DNA from: Octopus sinensis
Taxonomy: Eukaryota
Length of the DNA stretch: 64,000 nucleotides
Direction: 5' to 3'
Assembly: GCF_006345805.1 (NCBI RefSeq)
Contig: NC_043008.1
Span: 70,246,001 to 70,310,000 of the forward strand
In this document: piece by piece, positions 53,959 to 64,000 of the stretch
Numbering within the stretch: the stretch's first letter is position 1
Layout: every line of letters starts with the position of its first letter
Made by a program: the position numbers and the translations under genes
The notes under the pieces: generated by a model
What the model was told of the DNA's origin: nothing
Databases searched by the model: none
Seen by the model: only the letters and a program-made list of their open reading frames with translations

Positions 53959-54502
53959 ATGTATGTATGTTCACACACGCATAACATACATATGAACTAT
54001 GTACTTTATTATACTGATTAAACATACTTACAAGCTATTAAAATAAAGAAATTAAGAAAAATGAAATTACAAATAAAAACATGACAAACAAGTAATGACA
54101 TAACTTATTCATTTCATCTAAAAATCTAGATTATTGGAATTTAATTAAAATTCTTTTCATCTTCCACAAAAAACCGAAAAAATTAAGAAAACTAAAAAAG
54201 TACAAGAAAAAATTAAAAAAAGAGAAGGTAAGCTTACCTTGTCCTGATTGATGACAGATGAATTATAGAGGAAATACAAATATAATGAAGAAAAGAGGAA
54301 AAACTGTTTCTCCAATATTTTTATCTGCAATTATAGTATATGTCTGTGTGTTGATAGATAGATGTAGATATTCACACACACACACACATGTTTATGTCAA
54401 ACAGAAAATGTTGTATTTAACAGGAAACGATTTTGTTGAAATGTCGGCCATTTCAGATTTACCTAGAGAAATAAACAGCTTACTGCTATTATTATTATTA
54501 TA

Positions 54503-54543
<41 letters not shown>

Positions 54544-54545
<2 letters not shown>

Positions 54546-56166
54546 TTGGATTTTGCTTTGTGTTTGTACAAGCTGAGTCTAATTCTCACCCAGGGACCTC
54601 AAGAGGCAGCAAGTTATAAGTTCAGGTGGGCACTATGACCAGGAGGGTTGATACCTGCTATGTTTTTGGGAAAGGTGAGGGGGATTTGCATTTTAATTGT
54701 CCATCTTGGGTTTGCAAGAACTATTGTTTTGGAATATGTGCTTTTCATATGTAAAAAAAAAATTGTTTTGGGGGTTATGTAGACAGAACCTCTTGTTGGG
54801 TTTCTTGTAGTCTCATGAGTAATATTTTCTGAGTTTCTTCCATTTTTGGATTTCCTGGGATTTGAAATAAGTAATAATCAGCTCCTTTTGTTACTATTCC
54901 TTGGACACTACAACCATGGTTATTGTTCTAGATTTGAGTTTCCACATTTTGTCAATTTTTATTTCAAGATCTTTGTACTTGTCTAGCTTTTGGTAGATCT
55001 AGACAGATAAATTTTTATCAAATGGAATAATCATATCTGAAATTTTTTCTATATAATATCTGGCCTATTTGCATCTATTTGTCTGTTAGTGTGAACAGAA
55101 AAGTTCTATCGGTGTGAGATATCTTTTTGAGGCACTAGAGGGTATTTGTATTTCTGCTTGTTTCTACGATGGAAAGTCTGGGTCCTTGCAAATTATCCAG
55201 TGGAGCTACAGCTCAGCTCTATCATGCTTGTTAAGATACTTAGAGGGTACAATAAGGCTACATGTGGAAACGATGTGCTCGCTGACTTCAGGCTATTTTT
55301 TTTAAACACTTGACTCAAGACCCACCCACCACAACAGAATTGAGAACCTAAAACCAAAGTGCCACATAAAATGCATTGGTGTGGGTACTGGTGCCATGTA
55401 AAAAGCACTAGTGCTGGTGCCATGTAAAAAGTAACCAGTACACTCTGTAAAGTGGTTGGTGTTAGGAAGACTGTCCAGCTGTAGAAACCAATCCAAAACA
55501 GACTATGAAACCTGGGGTGGCCCCTGGCCTTGCCAGTTTTGGTCAAGCTGTCCAACCCATCCATGCCAGCATGGAAAACAGATGTTAAATAATGATGATT
55601 AACATGTTGGGCTACTGCTGTTCTTTAAGTTGTTGGCCTGATAGCTTCTTGTAGGTAGGCATTGTTTTTGAACAGCTATGATAAACCCATCTGTCTGATT
55701 TTAAGCCAGAGGATCCTAACCAGTGATGGGTAAGAGTTTTGTCAATGTCAGCCTTGATATCTCTCTCTGGATATTTACTATGAAGTGATTTTTCTTCCTG
55801 CCATTTGCTGGTAAGATTACTTAAGGCTGCATTTGTTGTAGGGATTTTCATGTGTTTAGCTTTTTCTGTGCTTGTTCTTTGTTCATCTAATTTTGAGACT
55901 TCTGCTTGGGATTCATTGAAATATTTTCTTGCCTCTTTTGTTACTGAATATAATTTGTTTTTATTGTTTTCATGCTTGAAAACAAGTTTTAGCATCCAGA
56001 TCAGAGTTTGTTTTTTTAATGTTTTTAACGTAGGAGTTGACGTCCATTGTGGCAATTTTCAGTGACAATTCAGTTTGTAGGAATTCACACCCTCCTCCTC
56101 TTTATGGTGACTATAGTAATCAATGGCTGCTTGGGTAGTGTATTCTTTTAATTGTTAAAAATTTAT
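54544..56166 (-). mobile_element. R4/Dong-clade non-LTR retrotransposon (5'-truncated, restriction-like endonuclease type) inserted in (TAA)n
   Basis: Minus strand reads ELSLKIATM...WMLKLVFKHENNKNKLYSVTKEARKY...KWQEEKSLHSKYPER...THHWLGSSGLKS...QCLPTRSYQAN...SPTC, then [insertion], then EHIVSTCS...YLNKHDR...LHWIICK...ANRPDII...KLDKYKDLEIKIDKMWKLK...QKILLM. This is the RT thumb, CCHC finger and RLE layout. The 3' UTR ends in aataataat, and (ATT)n tracts lie at 54487-54543 and 56170-56203. Confidence 0.88.
55296..55601 (+). mobile_element. RTE-tail element (family D) nested in the R4/Dong zinc-finger region
   Basis: Tandem ggtgccatgtaaaaag units, the family D core, and the ...ccatgccagcatggaaaacagatgttaaataatgatgat tail. 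It splits the CCHC motif. Confidence 0.78.
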
Positions 56167-56169
56167 CAC

Positions 56170-56203
<34 letters not shown>

Positions 56204-56610
56204 GAGGCAGTGAGCTGTCAAAATCATTAGCATGCTGGATGAAATATTTAACGGTATTTCACCTGAGTTCAAATTCCACCAAAGTTGACTTTGACTTTGA
56301 TCCTTTGGGATTGATAAAATAAGTACCAGTAAAACACTGGGGGTCGATGTAATTGGCTCATCCCCTCCCTGAAATTGCTGCCTTTATGGTAAAATTGGAA
56401 ACTATTATTATTATGATCATTATTATTAATGTGGTGAACTGCAGTATAGTTAGTGTAGCGTCTTTACATTCTGAGTTCAAATTCTGCAGAGGTCAACTTT
56501 GCCTTTCATCCTTTTAGGGTCGAGGAAATAAGTACCAGTTGAACGCTGGAGTTGATGTAATTGACTAACTTCTATCTCCAAAATTTCAGTCCTTGTGCCA
56601 ATAGTAAAAA
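56204..56610 (+). mobile_element. Two tandem family C (Nin-like) SINEs separated by (ATT)n
   Basis: Each unit has gagttcaaatt...ctttgcctttcatcc...gataaaataagtaccag and ends in attattatt. Confidence 0.75.
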
Positions 56611-57633
56611 GGATTATTATTATATGTTGTTCTGAGTCTGATCCTTCTGTGTGATGGCTTGGTCGACTGTTTCATTTTGTAGCCTTGTATTCTCTATTGG
56701 TTTGTGAGTTGAATTTGTTTGCTGGAAACTGTATCAAAGCCTGCTACACACACACTCTCTCTCTCTCTCGCTCTCTCACTCACACACACTCGTTTATGTA
56801 AGTATGTATATACCAATGTGTATCTGGGTTACTGTTGTTATTTAGCCCCAAGTCAGTTTTGGTTGAGTAAGCCAATGATCAAAGGTAATCTATGATCATT
56901 CTCTCATTTTCTTGTGTAGGAAATGTAGCTCCTCATTATCCACAATGTTCATTGCTAAAGTGTGATTCTAGGGAGATTTAACTGCTATTTCTTGTAATTT
57001 CAGTTACCATATTGAGGTTCAGTCATATATATGGAATGTGGGTGGGACTACAGTATGTAAAAATAATTGCCAAGTATAAACTAGAGTCACTTCCTTCAGA
57101 ATTACATATCTCGTTTACATCTCTGTACATTTGTGCCAAAATTTAAAAATCAAGAGAGGAGATATAATAAATCAATTAGTATCCATTGATAATCAATATT
57201 GATTAATAATCACTGGCATTTGACATTTCGAAACAGTTGTGATTCCACTAATCAAATTAGGAATGTTGGTCTGTAGTTTGTCAAACAAGACATCTGAAGT
57301 GAAGAATTCCCTCAGAAATATGCATGTGTAACATGACACAGAACTGAACAAACATTTCTTTGCTGTAACAATGGGTTACATGATAATGTAACATGATAAT
57401 GTTGCAGCTGGTAAACAAGAGATTCGGAGTTCAATTCTCTTAAAGAGTGTTTCTTCGTAGTTCATTTTCACTTTTAAATTATACACACAAACATGTGTGT
57501 TTGTGTTATATAATATATAAATATATATATACATGGAATATATTGTATATATTATATATATGTAATATATTGCATATGTTATATACATATAATATATATG
57601 TACATAACATATATTGTATATATATATTTTATT

Positions 57634-57800
57634 TTTACTTGCTTCAGTAATTGGACTGTGGCCTTGCTGGAGTACTGTCTTGAAGTGTTTAGTCAAATAA
57701 ATTGACCGCAAAACTTTTTTTAAAGCTTGGTACTAATTCTATCAATCTCTTTTGCCAAATTGCTAGGTCATATGCACATCAACACACACATCATCAGACT
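57634..57800 (-). mobile_element. SINE family B 3' arm
   Basis: Matches the reverse complement of 27670-27861. Confidence 0.55.
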
Positions 57801-58956
57801 AATTCATTCTTACTTAGATTATTAGTCAGCTTTTTGCATATTTACAGAAGTAAAAAGAATTTAGAAAGTCTTGTAGAGAGGTTATTGCATAGTAATGACT
57901 TAAAGGAACAAAGAAAAATTACTGAAAGGAGTTAATGAAACAAATTTAGATGATTAAGTAAGGGTGAGTGTAGTAATTAGTGGAGATAATAAATCTTTAA
58001 TTTACTGAAATATCTTCCAAGTTCGTAGCTGTCTTCTGACTACAAACAAAGATCAGATTGTCTTTTATCGATAATAAAGATTTTTGCACAAATCTCTGTT
58101 TAATAAGTGATATGTTGGTTGGGTCATTGGTCAATTTCTCCAGTCATGTTTTGTATCAATAGAGAGAGAGATGAGGGGGTAAAAGAGGGATACAGAGTGA
58201 GTTAGCATTGAGAGGTGCAGGATGAGTGCACATGCTAGGATTGGTGGCATGCAATGAGTAAAGGGCCTCCTATTCACACACAGTGAGAGAGAAAGAATAA
58301 AACAGATTGAAGAGGAAGAATTCACTGAGTACTTAGCAGCAGCTGACAAAATCTCTGTGATATTTAATATTTATTATAATGAATATTTTCTTTAGATGCT
58401 TACTGAGTAAGCCCTTTGTTAGCAAAGTAATTTTTTTTTCCATGAATCACATGAGTATTCACTAAATTCAGAATTTATAGCAAACTGTTTCAACTGAATA
58501 TATCACTATAATTGCTATGATAATATTAATATTTATATATTTTTGCAACAAATGATATTAAGAAACAGGGCAAACATGCAATAACTATGATCAGTCTTTC
58601 TTCAAAGTACAAATGATGGCAAACATAGTTCAAAAGTTAACTGTCATATGATGGATAACATACTAGTTTGATACTAGCTTCCTGAATTTATACACCAACT
58701 AACTTGTTCCTTCATAATTGTTAATAATTACAGCTAGGCATTTGTTTACAGCTTCTCACCCATTATAAATCATCAACAAATGAAGAATTTGTGTACAGCA
58801 TACAGCACCATAGCCACTTGTTTTAATTATTAATTAGCTAAATGCATGTCCTCAGCTAAATTCATGAATTTCTCTTACCTTATTTTAATTTTCAATTTTG
58901 TGTGTGTATGTATTTGTGTGTGTGTGTGTGTGTGTACACGCACCCACACACATGTG

Positions 58957-59318
58957 GTACTTGTTTCAATCACTAGACTGCGACCATGCTGGGGCATTGC
59001 CTTAAAAAATTTAATTGAACAAATCAACCCCAGTACTTAATTTCATTTTTTAAAGTCTGGTGCTTATCCTGTCAGTCGTTTTTGTTGAACTGTTAAGTTA
59101 CAGAAGCATAAACACCAATGCTGGATGTCAAACGGTGGGGAACAAACACGGGTACCGGGTACAAACACACACACATACACACACACAAAGAAAGGCTTCT
59201 TTCAGTTTTCAACTATCATAATTGACTCACAAAGCTTTAGTTGGCCCTAGGCTATAATGGAAGACACTTACCCAAGGTATTATGCTTTGGGACTGAACCT
59301 GGAACCATGAGGTTGTGA
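58957..59318 (-). mobile_element. SINE family B, near full length
   Basis: Both arms and an internal (CA)n. Confidence 0.7.
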
Positions 59319-61246
59319 TTTACCTGAGGACACAATGCACTGCATGGTCCTAGAATCAAACTCAGAACTTTGATTAGAGGAGCGTTCATAATGCACACAC
59401 ATGCATGTACGCATACACACACACACACAGACATACATACACAAACACATATATCATCATCATCTTCATCAACATAATTTACATCTGTTGTGTTATTCCA
59501 ATCTGTTAAGGATTAAACTGGTTGTCATGGTCTGAGTCAAACCTTGTTATGAGTCAAACCTTATTCAGTCTGAGTCAAACTTTAGACAATGGTAAACAGG
59601 TCAAAGACTGTCTCACTCGTATGCCCTTTCTATCACTTACCACTTTACAGAATGTACCAGGGGCACTGCAATTTATTGTGGCACCAGTGCGAGAGAAATT
59701 GCCTCGTCCTTAGCAAGACAAAAGATCTCAGTCCAGCAATTGTCATCTCCATCCATTCACCAGCACATGAGAGTTTTCTCATTCTCAGCTGAGAGATGAG
59801 TGTGTGAGGAAAGAAAACTAAAATGAGAGGGGGAAAAGTAAAAAAAAATAACAGAAGAGAATCTGGGTGATTAGAGCGAAAGGCTGATAGATGAGAGTCT
59901 TAGGGTGAGAGAGAAAGTTAGTGAGCAAGAATAGCAACAGCTACATAAACGCATACATGTACAAACACACACACACAAAAGAAAATACATAATATAACAA
60001 CTAACATAACATGATGCATCTTTGATGATGTATTTACATAGACAAAGAAGATAGCATACATGTCTTAAGAATGTCACCACTTTCTCACTCACACACACAC
60101 ACACACACACAACACACACATTTACACTAATTTACATATCTTGAGAAAAGTATTTATTTAATATGATCTTCTCAGTCTTAATCGTCATGAATTTGTGGCT
60201 CTATGGGATATTATTTTTATTGCTTCAAAGAACATACAGTTTTCTTTGAATATTTCCTTCTTGATTCTATGTCACTTCATCACTCTAGATATGAGAAATA
60301 AAATTATCTAAATCTACAATTAAACTGATCAACGATATAATTTACTATTTCTGATTAAGATGTCATGAATTATGGTTTCTTACATTATTGGCATGGACAA
60401 GCAGCAATAAGAGATTTAGAAACCTAAAAAGATGGCATTCTCTGTAATCTTTCTATAGCTATTCTTAGCTAGATTCATTTATGTTGCTTTGTCTTTTGGA
60501 ATGCTGTGTTGAGAGGAACTGCAAAATTAGTTTGAAATTGGCGTAACATGATATTAAACCTAACTCTGGATATAAATTTAAACAAAAATCAGAGAATTAT
60601 TAGGTTTTTCTTCAGCAAGAGATCAATTTGACATTCCATATATCTTGGACGCTGCTTATGTACTTATGGAACACTGACATTTAATGTCTGTGGAATACAT
60701 TCAAAGAAATTTGATTTCTCTCCTTCCAGCACCCACTCTGTGAGTGAATATCTGTGTATGTATGTATATATATATATGCATATATATATATATAATATAT
60801 ATATATATAAATAAACATATTTATTCACACACACATATATATACACACACATACATACAAATATATATTTATACACATAGACATGTATATATACTCACAG
60901 AAGCTAAATACTTGTTTGGAGTTTAAGAATGTCGGATCTACAGGTGGCTCATTCAAGCATCATCTTAACAATCACAGGTGCTTCTTTTGGATACCAGAGA
61001 GGTGTAACATCATGTCCCTGGCCAGCTATGTTTGATGTTTAAAAGAGGAGGGTAATTAAATTGAGGTTCCTGGGAGAACCAGGAAGGTACCTCAATGTGA
61101 ACAAATAATGTAAGATCTGCTTGACCGAAAGAGCAAGAATTCTAAAAAATTCCTTGATCCGGAGACCTTCTTAAACTCCAAAAGAGAAGGGTTGAGTCAG
61201 TGCAAGCATGTGCACATGCACACACACACACATTGGGTACCATTTG

Positions 61247-61590
61247 CCTTTTACTTGTTTCAGTCATTGGGCAGTGGCTGTGTTGCATCATCACTTTAAA
61301 GGGTTTTGTCAAACAAGTTGGCCTCAATATAGATAGATACATACATAAATACATATGCATGCATATATATATATGTATATAAATACATATATATCTATGT
61401 ATATATATGTGGGGGGGGTATGAATGTATATGATGGACTTCTGTCAGTTTCCATCCACCATATCCACTCACAACATTTTAGTCATCCCACAGCTAGAGAA
61501 GAAAAACTCTTTCTCAAGTTGTTCCACAGTGGGACTGAACCCATCATCTGATTGTTGGTAAACAAACTTTTTAACCACATGGACATACCT
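61247..61590 (-). mobile_element. SINE family B with an expanded internal microsatellite
   Basis: Both arms are recognisable and separated by ~100 bp of TA/CA repeat. Confidence 0.6.
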
Positions 61591-61982
61591 CTGCACTCAA
61601 CAACAATAACATCTTCACATTATTTCTTTCGTCACTTCACTCATTTGTATTATCTTAGAATAACAGTCACTTCATCAGATGAAACCTGTACACATTTTTA
61701 TATATGCAATTATTCTATATATGTATTCATTTTATACTTTTCATTAAGTTTAGAATCTGTTACATTGCTTTATACAGTTTTTATTTCCATTTACCTTATA
61801 AGGAGTCATACTTTACATACATTATGTTAGCTCCATCGGATTTTGAATAATCGTAGCTTGGAGCTACCTTTAAAAACTTATCTGTCTTTCTATTTGCATA
61901 CGCTTGACAAGGTCTGACTTGTATGTAAACAACTTTGTGTGTATGCGTGTGTTTTTGCATGCCTGCAGATATGTGTGTATGT

Positions 61983-62027
<45 letters not shown>

Positions 62028-62030
62028 AGA

Positions 62031-62350
62031 AGGTGCATGGCTAACTGGTTAGTGTGTTGGGCTTACAATCATGAGGTTGTGAGTGAATTTGATTCTTGGA
62101 TGGGTCTGTGTGTCGTGTTCTTGAACAAGACACTTTATTTTTCATTGCTCCAGCTGTAGAAATTACTTGTGATATCACTTATGCCAGCCAAGCTGTATCA
62201 GCCTTTCCCTTGGACAACATCAGTGGCATTGAGAGGGGAGACTGTATGCATGGATGACTGCTGGTCTTCCATAAACATTGCCTAGACTTGTGCCTCAGAG
62301 GGTAACTTACTAGGTGCAATCCCACAGTCATTCATGACTGAAGGGGTTCC
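62031..62350 (+). mobile_element. SINE family A (tail type 2)
   Basis: Colinear with the reverse complement of 38290-38629. Confidence 0.85.
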
Positions 62351-62352
62351 TA

Positions 62353-62396
<44 letters not shown>

Positions 62397-62404
62397 TATA
62401 TATC

Positions 62405-62473
62405 ATTCTTTAACAAGAAATAGTATTGACATTGACTTCGAATTTTTGGCTAGCTAAGCCATCATCAGACAGT
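62405..62473 (-). ncRNA. Degenerate hammerhead-like repeat (copy H4)
   Basis: Minus strand reads ctgt CTGATGA t ggc ttagcta gcc AAAAA ttcgaa GTC aatgtcaatactatttcttgttaaagaa. CTGATGA and stem II are intact, but GAAAC is mutated. Confidence 0.55.
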
Positions 62474-62547
62474 AATTTTCTAGGCTGCCCTAGCAAATTT
62501 TAACTTAACAGAAACAATATAAAACGAAAATGGACTTGAGTGCATTA

Positions 62548-62614
62548 CAGTCCAATGATGGCTCAGCTTTCTGAAACTTTGAAGTCACTGTCAATACTAT
62601 TATTGTTAAAGAAT
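62548..62614 (+). ncRNA. Degenerate hammerhead-like repeat (copy H5)
   Basis: CAGT CCAATGA tggctcagctttct GAAAC tttgaa GTC ACTG tcaatactattattgttaaagaa. Stem I (cagt/actg), GAAAC and GTC are intact, but CTGA is mutated. Confidence 0.55.
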
Positions 62615-62739
62615 AATGAATTTCTACTTTATTAAATATATTGAGTAACCCTAAAATTTAATGTAAAATTGTTTTTATTATAACAAAAAACAGACATTAA
62701 TATATAGGCACAGACATATTTATTTATCTATATGTCTAT

Positions 62740-62905
62740 GTCTTTGTGTCTGTGTTTGTTCCCCACCATCGATTGACAACCAGTGTTGATGAATTTACAT
62801 CCCTATAATCTAGTGGTATAGTAAAAGAGACTGATAAAATAAGTTCAAGGCTTTAAAAAAAAATAAGTGCTGCCCCAACATGGCTGCACTCTAATGACTG
62901 AAACA
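62740..62905 (+). mobile_element. SINE family B 3' arm
   Basis: Colinear with 27670-27861. Confidence 0.55.
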
Positions 62906-64000
62906 AGTAAAAGGATGAATAAAGATAAAGTGAGAGAGGAAGAGAGAGAGAGAGAGAAGATTGACTTGGTACTGATATGTGACAGTTTAGTGTGTGTGTG
63001 TACAGAAATAAGAATATTCCCTGCCAAGTCATAGGTCCTTAGCTTTTTTCAATGAGGTGTAAGGGTGCCGTTATGACATCCAGTGTATTTCAGGCATTTT
63101 AAAACCTAAGGGAGCCCAAGTAAAACCTACTGGAATCCCTTAGTCTAACAATGGTTAGTATTTTCAAGAAGATGAGTAAGAGATAATTAGAAAGAAGGAT
63201 TTAGAGAAAAAAAGAATTGATTCCAGTATACAACTAGTACTTTATACATGAACCCTGAAAGAATGAAAGGCAAAGTCAACTTTGGTGGGATTTAAAATTA
63301 TTGCACAAAGAGTTGAAACAATTGCTGCAAGTAATCTGACATTCTAATGACCTTACCAGCCAACTGTTTACTTATTAATAAGAATATGTATGCATGCATA
63401 CATATATACATATACAGCCTACACTGAACTATTGAGAAATTTGTAGTTACTTTATCCAGATTACAAATTCAAGTTTATACTTGTAATTATTGGGGCACTG
63501 AGATATGTAATAGATGGCCTAAATACAAATTTTGAGAAATGAAGCTTCTCACAACTAGAAAAGAGAAAGCTGATTTGAAGACTACAGATCCAATCCATCA
63601 CTGGAACTGAAAAATCTTTAAAGGTTTATTATTTAACTATATGTGAGCATGTCTAGATATGCAACTATATGCATGGGATTGCATACATAAAACAAAGTAT
63701 ACAAATCTGCACATATACACACATACAAAAATACCCTGTTGATGTTGTTGAAATTCCAATGAAGGAGCCTTAGATCTAGATTAGAAACCAGCTCTTTCTC
63801 TATTGGCAAGAAATCTTGAAATAAAACTGAATAATGACATCCATACATACATTAATATAGAATATGTCTACATTAATGTAAATATCTATTTCTCTATCTT
63901 TATATATGTATGTGTGTGTATTATACATACACACATACATGCACACAAATAAGAAATAAGAATAAGCTCTTTGGCTCTTTGTGCAAATGTCTAACTGTAA

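Overview
This is eukaryotic, very AT-rich, repeat-dominated DNA. It is not prokaryotic: there are no operons, CRISPR arrays or rRNA/tRNA genes. The dense (TA)n/(CA)n/(TATC)n/(TAA)n microsatellites and the recurring SINE families suggest a coleoid cephalopod such as Octopus (inference from recalled repeat types). The window looks like large-intron or intergenic sequence, and no complete host gene can be read. Almost all ORFs in the supplied track are microsatellite artefacts or antisense readings of transposons. Recognisable elements are: an internally deleted Tigger/pogo transposon; several RTE LINE fragments; an R4/Dong-type LINE sitting in (TAA)n with a second retroelement nested in it; several Penelope-like (PLE) remnants; a non-autonomous Helitron; hAT and piggyBac MITEs with their target duplications; a foldback element; three SINE families, some nested or in tandem; and a 1.8-kb (TA)n satellite. 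The most interesting observations are four. (1) Five degenerate copies of a minimal hammerhead-ribozyme repeat, four of them in two divergent pairs, whose consensus is an intact ribozyme. (2) A ~150-bp inverted repeat enclosing a candidate alternative terminal exon with a hydrophobic, GPI-signal-like tail. (3) (TAA)n tracts used as insertion sites by three unrelated retroelement types. (4) CpG-retaining islands carrying candidate microexons and terminal exons of an unidentified gene. Exon calls are low to moderate confidence. Family labels A-D are my working names, and coordinates of degraded repeats are approximate.
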